Both the position numbers and the translations under genes were made by a program. 64,000 nt of DNA, from the NCBI GenBank assembly GCA_963847625.1, contig CAWKAR010000032.1, positions 1 through 64,000 of the forward strand. Reading direction: 5' to 3'. Each line of letters begins with the position of its first letter. The stretch's first letter is position 1. This document shows positions 37,726-48,351 of this stretch, one piece after another. Under the pieces are notes generated by a model, which saw only the letters and a list, made by a program, of their open reading frames with translations, did no database searches and was not told the DNA's origin. Origin of the DNA: a candidate division FCPU426 bacterium (GTDB lineage Bacteria > Oederibacteriota > Muellerivitia > Muellerivitales > Muellerivitaceae).

Positions 37726-38274
37726 TTAAACGTCTTCGGGTGTTATCCCGTGTTTTTCAAGATAATCTTTTAAAAAAACCTTCGCCCGGTGGATATTGGA
37801 CTTAACCGCGCCCAGTGAAAAACCCAGGGCCTTGGCGATTTCCTCATAACTCAGGTCTTCCATTTCTTTCATCAATAGGCAAGCCCTTTGTTTATCCGGA
37901 AGCTTTTCAAGGGCCAGGGTGATCGTTGGGCTTAAGCCTAGATGCTCCGGCCTTCCTCCTTCCTTCTTGTCCTCAACCTCCGGGGCATTTTCAAACCCCA
38001 GGAAGGAAATAATTTTGCGCCGCCTTAAAATATCAAGGCAATGATTAGTCGTCATCCGGTAAAGCCAGGTACTAAAAGCCGAATCACCCCGGTAATTCTT
38101 GACGCGGTCGAAAATTTTAATGAAAATTTCCTGTAACGCATCCTCGGCGTCATGCGGTGAACCCAACATTCTCCAGGAAAGGTTATATACTTTCGTCCGG
38201 TGTAGTTCGTATAAAACATGAAGTCCGGCGATATCCCCTGCCCGGCAAAGGTTAATCGCTTCGGTTTCAGTCAT
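37726..38274 (-). CDS. ECF RNA polymerase sigma factor
   Basis: DAEDALQEIFI, FSTWLYRMTTNHCLD, LSYEEIA...GAVKSNIHRA. Confidence 0.95.
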   Translation of the reverse strand: MTETEAINLCRAGDIAGLHVLYELHRTKVYNLSWRMLGSPHDAEDALQEIFIKIFDRVKNYRGDSAFSTWLYRMTTNHCLDILRRRKIISFLGFENAPEVEDKKEGGRPEHLGLSPTITLALEKLPDKQRACLLMKEMEDLSYEEIAKALGFSLGAVKSNIHRAKVFLKDYLEKHGITPEDV

Positions 38275-38530
38275 GTTTCACCTGGATTACCTACTATTCT
38301 GACGGTTTATGAGCCCAATTGGTTACAAAGAATTTTCAAGAAAACTGAAGATCCCGGAAAAAAACATAGTCAAATCCATTGAATTTCCAAGCAAAAAGCA
38401 AGCTTTTTAGGGATAACTTATGTCAGTTACATTTCAACTGAAGATTTAAAATGGGCAAATCTGGATTTTCTGTGATTTAAAGCCTCTTTAATTTTGGCGC
38501 CAGTGTTTTTTGGGGTCAAAGCCCAGGCTT

Positions 38531-40006
38531 CTATTCATTTTTCAAAAAGGTTAATAAAGACCTGATGATTACACCGGTTCCACCAAAAGTCAGATAAGGC
38601 ACTGCGGAAAACTCCCTTTCCAAAAAGGCCGGTCCGGCGATATCCAGATGAACCCAGGGGGTTTCCCCGACAAATTCCTGCAAAAACAACCCACCTATGA
38701 TGGAGCCCGCTTCCCCGGAACCGGTGTTTTTAATATCCGCAATTTTGCTTTTGATATCGTCCTTATATTCCTTGACCAGAGGTAATTCCCAGATGGGCTC
38801 ACCTTCGGTATCAGTGGCTTTTTTTAAGCGTTGGAAAAGATCAGAATTATTGGTCATGGCACCGGCGAGGAGAGAACCCAATGCGGTGACGCAAGCCCCC
38901 GTAAGCGTGGCCAGGTCCACAATCTCATCCACTTTTTGTTTATTGGCGTAGGAAAGGGCGTCCGAAAGGATTAAACGCCCTTCAGCGTCCGTGTTTAATA
39001 CTTCCATTGTCTTTCCATTCAAGGCTTTTAAGACATCGCCTGGCTTACAAGCCCTACCACCGGGCATATTCTCCGTTGTGGGAATAATTCCATGGACTTC
39101 CACTTGCGGCCTGACTTTTGAGAGTTGGCTGAAAACGCCCAAAACCGCCGCAGCGCCGGACATATCCGATTTCATGGTTTCCATTTTCCCAGCTGACTTT
39201 AATGACAATCCTCCGGAATCAAAGGTAATCCCCTTCCCAACAATGGCCACTGATTTTTTATGTTTTCCGGTGGGTTTGTAATGCAAATGGATTAAAAAGG
39301 GTTCTTGCGCGCTACCGTTATTGACGCCGAGAATTCCCCCCGCGCCCATTCTCTTGAGTTCCTTCCGGGAATAGAGCCTCAAATGGATGGGGCCCTTGGC
39401 TAATTTGCGGGCTTGGTCCGCCAAAACTTTTGGAGTAATGTCGCTTGGCGCCCCGTTCACTAAATCCCTGGCGAGAATAACCGCTTGGCAATATACACCT
39501 GCGGTTTGCAAAGCTGACTTCATGTTGGCAATTGTTTCCGATGAAAATCTAAATACGAAACTTTCCAGACTCTTTGGGGTCTCCTTGTTTTGGGTCTTAT
39601 AGCGATTGAACTGGTAAGCCCCAAGAATAAGCCCCTCGGCAAAAGCTTTAACATATCCGGCGTTAAGGGAGCGGGGCCAGTCGATGGAAGCCGTATCCAG
39701 TCGAATTTCCCTTGCCTTTCTAGCTAACCGCCCACCCGCTCGACGCAAATTTTCCTCATCAACATCAGACTTGGGGCCTAATCCCAGAAGAACGACTTTG
39801 GAAGGAAAAAAGCCCTCCGTAGGGTGAACCACTGCTGCCTGTCCTTGTTTTCCGGAAAAGCCCTCTTCCTCGGCGGCTTTGCGAATACGGTCACCTTCTT
39901 TTCCCGGCAAGTTGAAGAGGCCTTCTTCCTTTTCATACCCCAAAAGGATCCAAGTTTGGGACCGATTTAATTTTTTGGAATTCGGGATGACAGAAAATTG
40001 GACCAC
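38531..40006 (-). CDS. pepA: Leucyl aminopeptidase (M17)
   Basis: VGKGITFDSGG, MKSDMSGAA, NTDAEGRL, WVHLDIAG; AAGGAGG before GTG 40006. Confidence 0.96.
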   Translation of the reverse strand: MVQFSVIPNSKKLNRSQTWILLGYEKEEGLFNLPGKEGDRIRKAAEEEGFSGKQGQAAVVHPTEGFFPSKVVLLGLGPKSDVDEENLRRAGGRLARKAREIRLDTASIDWPRSLNAGYVKAFAEGLILGAYQFNRYKTQNKETPKSLESFVFRFSSETIANMKSALQTAGVYCQAVILARDLVNGAPSDITPKVLADQARKLAKGPIHLRLYSRKELKRMGAGGILGVNNGSAQEPFLIHLHYKPTGKHKKSVAIVGKGITFDSGGLSLKSAGKMETMKSDMSGAAAVLGVFSQLSKVRPQVEVHGIIPTTENMPGGRACKPGDVLKALNGKTMEVLNTDAEGRLILSDALSYANKQKVDEIVDLATLTGACVTALGSLLAGAMTNNSDLFQRLKKATDTEGEPIWELPLVKEYKDDIKSKIADIKNTGSGEAGSIIGGLFLQEFVGETPWVHLDIAGPAFLEREFSAVPYLTFGGTGVIIRSLLTFLKNE

Positions 40007-40198
40007 GAGGGCCTCCTTATTTTTTAAAACTATAAAAGCATCTAAACGCATTCCAAATTAAATGGCCATCATTTTAGCCAGGGTTTACCGTTTGTTACAA
40101 CCGGTAGTCGTTGCCACTTTATGAGAGACTCTAAAAGTATGAATGCTCATTCCTAAAAATTAATCCCTTTGTTAAACCGGAATGTCTTTTTAAAGGTG

Positions 40199-40860
40199 TT
40201 AAACCTCTTGATCCTCGCCATTTATTTTTCGATCAGCCCGAAAAAATGCGTATAAATTTTGTCGTCGGAGCCGTTTTTTAATGAGTCGGAAAGCACCCTT
40301 AAGCTTTTCACCATTTCCCGGAAGATAAGGCCAAGGGCTGGCCCCCGAAGGATGTGGTATTGGGATAATCCAAGCGGATCCCCCCGGCAGCTGCTTTTTA
40401 AACTCTTTACCGATAGACTCGGAAAAAGAGCGTGGCCCCAAAACACGTTCAATGGCCAAGCCGCCAATCAGGATTACAATCGATGGTTTGAGCAGTCGGA
40501 GGGCTTCAAGGAGGTAAGGCTCGCAGTTTTCAATTTCCTTGGGATTTGGTTTTCTGTCGCCTTTCCCATTGGAGGCCTTCCCAGGGTAACATTTAGTCAC
40601 TGCGGTGATATAGGCTTTTTGACGAATATTTTTCTCCGTCAGGCCAATTGTTTCAAACCATTGAAATAAACGCTTTCCCGCTAACCAGGCAAAATTTTTC
40701 TGGGCCACAGGCTCCCGGATACCCGGCGCTTGTCCGATCAGGAAAAGTCCGTGTTGTTTGGCTAAACCCGTACCCGCCACTGGACAATTTTCCCCCAGGG
40801 GAAAACACTTGGAACAACTCCGAATACGATGGTGTAACTGGTCCAGGGAGACTTTTATAT
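40199..40860 (-). CDS. Uracil-DNA glycosylase family protein
   Basis: LIGQAPG, AVTKCYPG, PHPSGAS; the frame extends upstream of the track start 40780 through a CxxC, so the true start is uncertain. Confidence 0.85.
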
Positions 40861-40902
40861 TTAATGGATTTCTATGGATTTCAATTCTCGCCAGTGATTT
40901 TT

Positions 40903-41952
40903 TTATTTGAGCGTCCCTGTCCCGGTATCCTTTTGAGTCCTCGCATCCGCCGGAGTGCTTTCCTCTGACTCCGCCTCTTCATCCTTGTCTTCCTTAATTG
41001 CATAAGCCTTCGCCGCCTCGGAATCCACGCCTTTCAACTCCTCCAAAGCCATTTTTAAATTCTCGTTGTGGAAAGATGGGTCTACAGCGTTGGCCTTGTA
41101 AAAAGCGTTTACGGATTTCTTCAGGTCGTCCGCGTTGCCTTTCCCCGAATCATAGTAAACCCAATAACTAAAACCCAAATTGTTGAGAAAAACTTTTTCA
41201 TTGGGTTGGAATTTAACAGCTCTCTCAAAGTAAGGGATGGATTCGCTTGGACGCCTGGCGTCCAAGAGAACCTTGCCTTGCCGGTTAGCGGCGGCGCCTT
41301 TAGCCGCGGGTGAAATCCCGACTTCCTCAGCCCTTTTAAAAATTTTCAACGCTATTCCAAACCGCCCTTCGGTTTGGGCTTTATCCCCCAACGCGGTTAA
41401 GGCCTTGTAATTCAATCCTTCCCACTTGGATTCGGGTTGCGGCGTCACTTGAGTGTAACTTTCCTCACGAGTTCGAGCTCCCTTGGCCCTCTCCAATTCC
41501 TCCGCGTCACCCACCCCTTCCAAGTTTTTTATAGCCTCATCAAGCACATCCAAACCGGAGAAACCGTAATCATAAAGGCGGAAACAGGCTAAACCCAGAT
41601 TCTTCATCGCGATTTTATAGCCGGGGTCAGCTTGAACGGAGCGTTCCAAGACTTCTTTGGCCTCTTTCCATTTTTTTTCTTTTAGCAAAGCCCAACCTTG
41701 GGCGTTTAACGCCTGACTTTTTCCCTTATCGCTCGTGGCGAGATTTTCCGCTTGGAGATAAGCTTCAACAGCTTTATTCCATTTTTTTTCTTTCAGGGAT
41801 TGATTCCCTGCAGCAAAGGCTTCCTTAAAGGTTTTGAAATGGAGGGTATTTTCAGCGCGGGTGGCTGCCGGCGTCGGCGTTTGGCCCTGAAGTAGCCAAC
41901 CCCAGAGAAATACTATTAGAATAAAAACGATTCCAACTAATTTTTTCATCAT
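40903..41952 (-). CDS. Exported TPR protein
   Basis: Signal/anchor, two TPR blocks, acidic tail. Confidence 0.8.
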   Translation of the reverse strand: MMKKLVGIVFILIVFLWGWLLQGQTPTPAATRAENTLHFKTFKEAFAAGNQSLKEKKWNKAVEAYLQAENLATSDKGKSQALNAQGWALLKEKKWKEAKEVLERSVQADPGYKIAMKNLGLACFRLYDYGFSGLDVLDEAIKNLEGVGDAEELERAKGARTREESYTQVTPQPESKWEGLNYKALTALGDKAQTEGRFGIALKIFKRAEEVGISPAAKGAAANRQGKVLLDARRPSESIPYFERAVKFQPNEKVFLNNLGFSYWVYYDSGKGNADDLKKSVNAFYKANAVDPSFHNENLKMALEELKGVDSEAAKAYAIKEDKDEEAESEESTPADARTQKDTGTGTLK

Positions 41953-42161
41953 GACCTCCTAGACCCTGAAAAAAAGAATTACTCTATGAAAACCGCAAAA
42001 CCCCGGCGACGCACCAAAAAAGGTTTACTGTTTTCATGAAATGATACTTTAAAAGTTTCATCACATATACTTATAAAACCATTTCAATTATTATGGATTT
42101 TCATGCAAAATACTGCATCTGTTTCCAATTCGATCAGGAAAAAATTATATGTTCGAGTAGA

Positions 42162-42267
42162 TACCCACGGGCATAGCCCGTGGTACTAAAATCAAAATTC
42201 AAGCAAATTACGCTTGCCGTGCCTTTGGCACAGTGGCCATTCACCCACGGGCGTAGCCCGTGGAACT
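42162..42267. repeat. Paired hairpins resembling IS200/IS605 ends or REP (non-autonomous relic)
   Basis: CCCACGGGCATAGCCCGTGG and CCCACGGGCGTAGCCCGTGG about 80 bp apart, with a GTGCCTTTGGCAC hairpin between. Confidence 0.65.
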
Positions 42268-42500
42268 CAAATCGGCTGGATTAGAACAAAGAAACTGGTT
42301 CGGCTTCGCACTCATAGTGTTTTCTCCCGGGGTAAGAATCGATAATTCATGAGACCTGCGCTTATTTTGCTTGGGGAATATTTTTTTAATCAAAATACTT
42401 CTGCGGCTATTTTATATCCAGGCTACAATTTCTTTGTATTGCCGGGCAAAATGTATTATTTTTCGGGATATCCAATTCCGACACCTGGAGTGGGAGATCA

Positions 42501-43538
42501 ATGTTAACTCGCAAACGTACATGGATCAGCTTGTTTTTCATTGTATTTACGTTTTATTTCCTGTTTCGAAACATCAAAATGAACGACTTAATCTCCTCCT
42601 TCACCCATTTTCAATTTATTTGGCTTCTTCCAGCTCTTTTCATTTACCTTTTTGGTTATGTCATCCGCGGCTTTCGTTGGGTGATTCTCCTGTCTCCCGT
42701 TAAAAAATGCACTTTTAAAAGCCTATTCCCGACCCTCATCATCGGTTTTATGGCGAATAACGTCCTCCCGGCTAGAGCCGGGGAATTTGTCCGGGCCCAC
42801 CTGAACGGCAAAAAGGAGAACATCAGCCGGAGCGCATCCTTCGCAACGATCGTTTTGGAACGTCTTTTTGATGGTTTGACCATGATCATCCTGCTCTGGG
42901 CGGCCTTGGGTTTCGGCCACCTCCCAGTGCAGGAACAGTCCATGCCCGCGGCTATCCAACATGCCATCGACTTCTCTCCCTATGTATTCGGCGCCGCTTT
43001 CCTTTTCCTTTTCGCCCTTCTGTTGTTCAAGGAAACCGCCGTCAAATTCATCACTTATTTCACCGCAAAAGCCCCTCGAAAGCTGAGGGATCCCCTTGAA
43101 AAAATCACTCATACCTTTTTTGACGGCCTCAAAATCCTGAAAAACGCCAGGCAATCCTTGATAGTCCTTTTCGCTTCCCTGGCGGCCTGGTCTTGCGAAT
43201 TCATCACTTATTACTTTTTGGCTTGCGGAATGGGTATTGCGCCGAATCCGTTGACCCTTGGGTCAGCCGCCCTGATGATGGCCATCGTCAACCTGGGAAT
43301 CCTCATCCCCAACGCTCCGGGCGGAATCGGCCTCTTCGAGTTTATCGGCGTGGCCCTTCTGATTCCTTTCAAGTTGACCAAGGAAATTGCCGTTGGATAC
43401 ATGTTTTTGGTCCATTTTGTAGTTCTTGTTCCCATCACCTTGATGGGTTTCTATTATTTAACTCAGGAAAACTTGAGCCTCGGCAACTTGGAAGCCGAGA
43501 GGAACCAAAATGATAAAAATAGCGAGGTTACACCATGA
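42501..43538 (+). CDS. Lysylphosphatidylglycerol synthase TM / UPF0104 flippase-like protein
   Basis: IGFMANNVLPARAGEFVRA, ATIVLERLFD, PNAPGGIGLFE. Confidence 0.9.
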   Translation: MLTRKRTWISLFFIVFTFYFLFRNIKMNDLISSFTHFQFIWLLPALFIYLFGYVIRGFRWVILLSPVKKCTFKSLFPTLIIGFMANNVLPARAGEFVRAHLNGKKENISRSASFATIVLERLFDGLTMIILLWAALGFGHLPVQEQSMPAAIQHAIDFSPYVFGAAFLFLFALLLFKETAVKFITYFTAKAPRKLRDPLEKITHTFFDGLKILKNARQSLIVLFASLAAWSCEFITYYFLACGMGIAPNPLTLGSAALMMAIVNLGILIPNAPGGIGLFEFIGVALLIPFKLTKEIAVGYMFLVHFVVLVPITLMGFYYLTQENLSLGNLEAERNQNDKNSEVTP

Positions 43539-44857
43539 GAATAGCGGTCATTGGAGCTGGAATAGCAGGTTTGACTGCGGGTTATCGCCTGGCCAAGCTG
43601 GGCCACGAAATCGAGATTTTCGAAGCTTCTGACCATGTTGGGGGGCTCGCGGCCGGGTTCCAAGTGGCCGGGACCTCCTTGGAAAAGTATTACCACCATA
43701 TATTCACCAGTGATGTCCAAATCCGATCTCTGGTTGAAGAGCTGGGCATCCGCAATGATCTCCATTGGCTGACCAGCCAAATGGGGTTCTTCCACGAGAG
43801 CAAAATATATCTCTTTGGAACAGCCTTACAACTGCTGACCTTCAAGCCCTTGCCTTTCCTCGACCGCATCCGTTTCGGCCTGCAGGCGTTGTACCTAGGA
43901 AAGGTCGATGACTGGAAAAAATACGAGAAAGTCACTGCTTACGCTTGGCTTAAAAAATATGCGGGCCCCCATATTCTAAAAGTCATCTGGGAACCCCTTC
44001 TTCGCTCAAAGTTCGGCGAGTATTTTGACAAGGTCGCCATGGCCTGGTTCTGGGCCAGGATCCATGTCCGGGCGAAATCGCGCAAGGGATCCGTGGAAAA
44101 ATTGGGGTACTTCAAAGGCGGTTTCGAAGTATTCAATCGTCGTTTGACCGCAGCCTTTCAGGAAAAAGGAGGTAAGCTGCGTTTGAACACTTATGTGGAA
44201 AAAATATCTTCCGCAAATGGAAAATTGGAAGGGCTCGTAGTCAACGGTCAAAATCAGAAATACGACCGTTTGGTCTTCACCGCCGCCACACCGGTTTTCC
44301 TCAAGGCTTGTCCGGGTTTGCCGAAGAACTACTTGGACCGGCTTTCCCAGCTTCATTTCATATCGGCCCAGTGCCTGATCCTGGTCATGAAAAAACCCTT
44401 CAGTCCCATTTACTGGATGAATATTTCCGATATGGATATCCCTTTCCTGGCCCTGGTGGAACACACAAATTTCGCACCCTCGGATTGGTACCAAGGCAAG
44501 CACATCATGTATATCGGCAATTACCTCCCTAAAACTCACAGGCTTTTCAACCTGACCAAGGAGCAACTGTTGGCGGAGTTTATGCCTCATATCCGGAAAA
44601 TCAATCCCGAATTCGACCCCACAGTGCTTGAGGAAACCTTCCTTTTCCGCGACACTTACGCCCAACCCGTCGTACCACTGAACTACAGCGAAATCATGCC
44701 CGACTTTCAAACGCCGGTCGAAAACATTTTCCTAGCCAACATGTCCATGGTTTATCCGGAAGACCGGGGAACCAATTACGCCGTGGATGTCGGAAACAAG
44801 GTCGCACGTCTGGTCGATCCACAGGTTGCCATCCCGGATTTTAAAGAAAACCAATAG
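43535..44857 (+). CDS. NAD(P)/FAD-dependent oxidoreductase (amine-oxidase fold)
   Basis: IGAGIAGLTA, LEKYYHHIF, VYPEDRGTNYA. Confidence 0.88.
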   Translation: MRIAVIGAGIAGLTAGYRLAKLGHEIEIFEASDHVGGLAAGFQVAGTSLEKYYHHIFTSDVQIRSLVEELGIRNDLHWLTSQMGFFHESKIYLFGTALQLLTFKPLPFLDRIRFGLQALYLGKVDDWKKYEKVTAYAWLKKYAGPHILKVIWEPLLRSKFGEYFDKVAMAWFWARIHVRAKSRKGSVEKLGYFKGGFEVFNRRLTAAFQEKGGKLRLNTYVEKISSANGKLEGLVVNGQNQKYDRLVFTAATPVFLKACPGLPKNYLDRLSQLHFISAQCLILVMKKPFSPIYWMNISDMDIPFLALVEHTNFAPSDWYQGKHIMYIGNYLPKTHRLFNLTKEQLLAEFMPHIRKINPEFDPTVLEETFLFRDTYAQPVVPLNYSEIMPDFQTPVENIFLANMSMVYPEDRGTNYAVDVGNKVARLVDPQVAIPDFKENQ

Positions 44858-44922
44858 TTCCCCTTCACATCCCTCACGTGCGGGTTGTAAGATACTCCGC
44901 ATCAATAACCCAGGAGTCATCG

Positions 44923-45618
44923 ATGCCAAAGGTTTCCTCTTTATCCATTTTTTTTCCGGCATACAACGAAGAAGCCAACGTGGAAAACATGATCCGCCTG
45001 GCCCAGAAAGTACTTCCCGAGGTGGCTGTTCAATGGGAAATCATTCCCGTCAACGACGGAAGCAAGGATAAAACAGGCGAAATCATCGACCGGCTGGCCA
45101 AGGAAGACCCCAAGATCCATCCCGTCCATCATGAAAAGAACAAAGGATATGGAGGCGCGGTCATTTCCGGTTATAACGCGTCCAAATACGACTTCATTTT
45201 TTTCACGGACGGTGACCTCCAATTCGACCTCCGGGAAATCACACTGCTGATCGAGAAACTGGACGAAGGGGACCTGGTCCTGGGGTACCGAAAGAACCGG
45301 AGGGATTCCTGGCTCCGTAAATTGAACGCCTTCATGTGGGGTTCTTTGGTGAAAATGCTGTTTGGCTTTAAGGTACGTGACGTGGATTGCGCTTTCAAAA
45401 TGTTCAAACGCAAGGTCGTAAACAAGGTCCAACTCACCGCTGGTGGCGCGATGGTTTCCACCGAACTTCTGGCAAAAGCCTGGAAGGAAAAATTCCGATT
45501 TGTTGAGGTAGGAGTAACTCATTATCCACGCGTTGCGGGCGCTCAAACAGGGGCTAAGCTCTCAGTCATTTTGAGGGCTTTCAAGGAACTCTTTAAACTC
45601 TACCGCAAGCTAAAATAA
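44923..45618 (+). CDS. GT2 polyprenol-phosphate glycosyltransferase (DPM1-like)
   Basis: PAYNEE, VNDGSKDKT, NKGYGGA, FTDGDLQFD, DVDCAFK. Confidence 0.92.
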   Translation: MPKVSSLSIFFPAYNEEANVENMIRLAQKVLPEVAVQWEIIPVNDGSKDKTGEIIDRLAKEDPKIHPVHHEKNKGYGGAVISGYNASKYDFIFFTDGDLQFDLREITLLIEKLDEGDLVLGYRKNRRDSWLRKLNAFMWGSLVKMLFGFKVRDVDCAFKMFKRKVVNKVQLTAGGAMVSTELLAKAWKEKFRFVEVGVTHYPRVAGAQTGAKLSVILRAFKELFKLYRKLK

Positions 45619-45647
45619 ACGGCTTCCCCCGGTTTTGGGATCCGGGA

Positions 45648-46625
45648 TTAGCTTTGGGCTTGAAGAGCGTTTAGGTGGGCCTTGGCGTTTTGAAGAAGTT
45701 CGGCATTATTTGAGAATTGCAAAACCTTCTGCCAGTATTCCTCGGCTTCTGGTTTTCTTCCCAATTTCTCGTAAGTTAACGCCAAATCATTGTAAATATC
45801 GGGATCATCTGGTTTTAAAGCGGATGCTTTTTGAAAGGCTTGCAGGGCATCTTCCATTTGGTTCTTGTCATAGTAAAGGTTTCCCAAATTATACTCATAA
45901 ATGGCATTTTGGCTGTCTAGGCTTATGGCCTTTTGGTACATTTCAAGCGCGTCATCATAATTACCAGCCCGATAATACATAAAAGCCAAATTGTGAATGG
46001 ATTGCGCGTAATTCGGATCAAAATCCACTGCTTTTTTGTACATTCGAATGGCTGTGTCATCCATATTAAATCGGGCATATAGATAACCTAAACCGAAATA
46101 AGCCTTTGCAAAGGTCGGGTCCACTTCCAGAGCCTGGCGAAGGTAATTAAAAGAAGTATGGTAATTTCTTTTATCGAATTCCATCTTCCCCTTGTTATAG
46201 AAAGTCTCAGCAGTGCCATATTGAACGACTTTTTGTTCAGTGATGGATTTGGAAACGATAGTTGTGATAGGGGTGGTGGTTTTGCGGGCCGGCATATGTT
46301 TTTTGGGTTTGGAGGCGACAACTGTGGCCACCGGAGTGGCAATAGGTTGGATTAATATGGCCTCTTCTTTTTCAGTCAAACGGAAGGTCCATCGGGTGGC
46401 TTGACCGAAAAAAACAAAAATAACCAGGGCCATAATAATTAAAAGAATAACCGCATCGGCCATATCCCTTCCCATATCCTTCACGCCAAAAGTTGTTGCT
46501 TGGGGCGCAAGTACCGGACCCCTTGGGCCGGTTTTTTCGGGAGGTTTCGGAAGTTCCGTCGCACATTTAACGCAGATTTTCGTGCCGTCCGGATTCTCCG
46601 CACCACATGCAAGGCATTTGACCAT
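45648..46625 (-). CDS. Zinc-ribbon + TM + TPR protein
   Basis: CLACGAENPDGTKICVKCA; TM helix; several canonical TPRs. Confidence 0.85.
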   Translation of the reverse strand: MVKCLACGAENPDGTKICVKCATELPKPPEKTGPRGPVLAPQATTFGVKDMGRDMADAVILLIIMALVIFVFFGQATRWTFRLTEKEEAILIQPIATPVATVVASKPKKHMPARKTTTPITTIVSKSITEQKVVQYGTAETFYNKGKMEFDKRNYHTSFNYLRQALEVDPTFAKAYFGLGYLYARFNMDDTAIRMYKKAVDFDPNYAQSIHNLAFMYYRAGNYDDALEMYQKAISLDSQNAIYEYNLGNLYYDKNQMEDALQAFQKASALKPDDPDIYNDLALTYEKLGRKPEAEEYWQKVLQFSNNAELLQNAKAHLNALQAQS

Positions 46626-46719
46626 GAAAAACCTCTGTTTATAGCAATGTAATGATTATACGACCGTTACTTATGCCCAGCCGAAGCGTAGGTACTTTAA
46701 CCCGACACACCAAAACCTG

Positions 46720-47943
46720 TCAACTTAATCCCGGTTGATCAGGCGAAAAAGGATTTTCAGGTTTTTCCACAATTGCCTTCAACTTTTTAGATGTTTTTTG
46801 AACCTGATCCAAAGCCTTTTGAGCAATATCGAACTTATCACTCACCTGTCCCCCGGCCGAATTAATCTTCTGGAGAAGTTGAACGAGCAACTCATTGTCG
46901 TTTCTTTGGTCGTCCAAGGCCTGCGATATCTCCCCTAATAGACTGCCCGCTTTACGGATGGATTTGACGATGTTTAAAAAAACATCCCCTGCATTGTAAA
47001 CCACATTCACGTTTTCCTCGATTTTACCCGTCGTGCTGATCAAGGAAATGGCATTGCTGGTTTTCAGCCGGATATCATCCACCAAATGTTTTACGTCCCC
47101 CGCGGCCTTGGCCGACGCTTCGGCCAGGGTCTTGATTTCAGCGGCGACAACTGCGAAGCCCTGTCCATGTTCCCCGGCCCGGGCAGCTTCGATCCCCGCG
47201 TTCAAGGCCAGTAGATTAGTCTTGCGCGCAATGGAAGTAATGGTGGCCAGAAAATCACCGATCTGTTCCGAAGAAAGGTTTAACTGCCGAATCACCTCCG
47301 CGGAGGAACCGATGGTGGCTTTGATCTCCGTCATGGCTTTTATTTCCTTGCCGACGGATTTAATACCGTCCGTCGCCGATTTGGCAGCCGAGTCGGTGTC
47401 TTGGGCCACTTTTTTGCTGTCGTTTACAATAAGTTCATTCAATTGGAGCAGGGATTTATTGATCCGGCTAGCCTTCTCGATATTGGAGGCCCAATCATGA
47501 ATTAAATCTTTAAAATCATAAAAGGATTGGTTGGCTAATGTCATTTCGCGGGTCAAATTATCCAAATTTTCATTAATAAGCGGCTCAGAGGAATGAGAAT
47601 TCGAAGATTCGGCCTTCAGCTCATTCTCAAGGTTGTTGATTTTTTCGGCCAGTTTTTCGATTAAATTTTTTGTGGGATCGGCAGAATCCTTCACCGAGGC
47701 CAAAATGGAAGGAATGGAGGAATCTGGAATAAGAGAAATGCCGGATAGGTCCTGTTCGAAACTTTTTTGAATTTGTTCCTTGGGCCGGATAATCATGACA
47801 ACCGCCCATAAAAGAAATGCGCCGATTCCCAAGGCCCAAATCCGGTCAAAATTTAAATACGTCAAACCCACACCCATGCATCCCCCGACTAAAAAAAACC
47901 AATACCAATGGGGAAAAAAGATTTTCCGGAAACTAATAGTCAT
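46720..47943 (-). CDS. Methyl-accepting chemotaxis protein
   Basis: TNLLALNAGIEAARAGEHGQGFAVVA; two N-terminal TMs. Confidence 0.92.
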   Translation of the reverse strand: MTISFRKIFFPHWYWFFLVGGCMGVGLTYLNFDRIWALGIGAFLLWAVVMIIRPKEQIQKSFEQDLSGISLIPDSSIPSILASVKDSADPTKNLIEKLAEKINNLENELKAESSNSHSSEPLINENLDNLTREMTLANQSFYDFKDLIHDWASNIEKASRINKSLLQLNELIVNDSKKVAQDTDSAAKSATDGIKSVGKEIKAMTEIKATIGSSAEVIRQLNLSSEQIGDFLATITSIARKTNLLALNAGIEAARAGEHGQGFAVVAAEIKTLAEASAKAAGDVKHLVDDIRLKTSNAISLISTTGKIEENVNVVYNAGDVFLNIVKSIRKAGSLLGEISQALDDQRNDNELLVQLLQKINSAGGQVSDKFDIAQKALDQVQKTSKKLKAIVEKPENPFSPDQPGLS

Positions 47944-47950
47944 TGATATG

Positions 47951-48322
47951 TCATTTAGGTGAGGAAATTTGGTTGATATAATTCTTGAGGGATTCCACAT
48001 CTTCCTCTTTCATCGCTAAAAAGTGGAGACCTCCTCCCGTTTCATTGGACCATACCACTTCCGCGAAAGCCGAAATAAGGGATGATTGGCTAGGTATGGA
48101 TATGTCAAGCCGAAGGATGCTGCCCACCGCGAGCGTCTGGTCGGCCACCAAGTACAGGCCCCCGAGGCTTAAGTCCATGGTGCGGCTTGTTTGTTCCTTC
48201 TTTTTCCGCTCAAAAACCGAATCGATTTCCTTTTGGTCCTCGATCACCCGGTACTTGACCGGCATTTTGACCGAAACGCGGGGATAAACCCGTTTTTCCA
48301 TAAACATATTTGCTTCCGGCAT
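47951..48322 (-). CDS. PilZ-domain protein
   Basis: EKRVYPR and DLSLGG motifs. Confidence 0.9.
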   Translation of the reverse strand: MPEANMFMEKRVYPRVSVKMPVKYRVIEDQKEIDSVFERKKKEQTSRTMDLSLGGLYLVADQTLAVGSILRLDISIPSQSSLISAFAEVVWSNETGGGLHFLAMKEEDVESLKNYINQISSPK

Positions 48323-48351
48323 AAAACTTCTCCTTGGTGAAACAAAATAGA

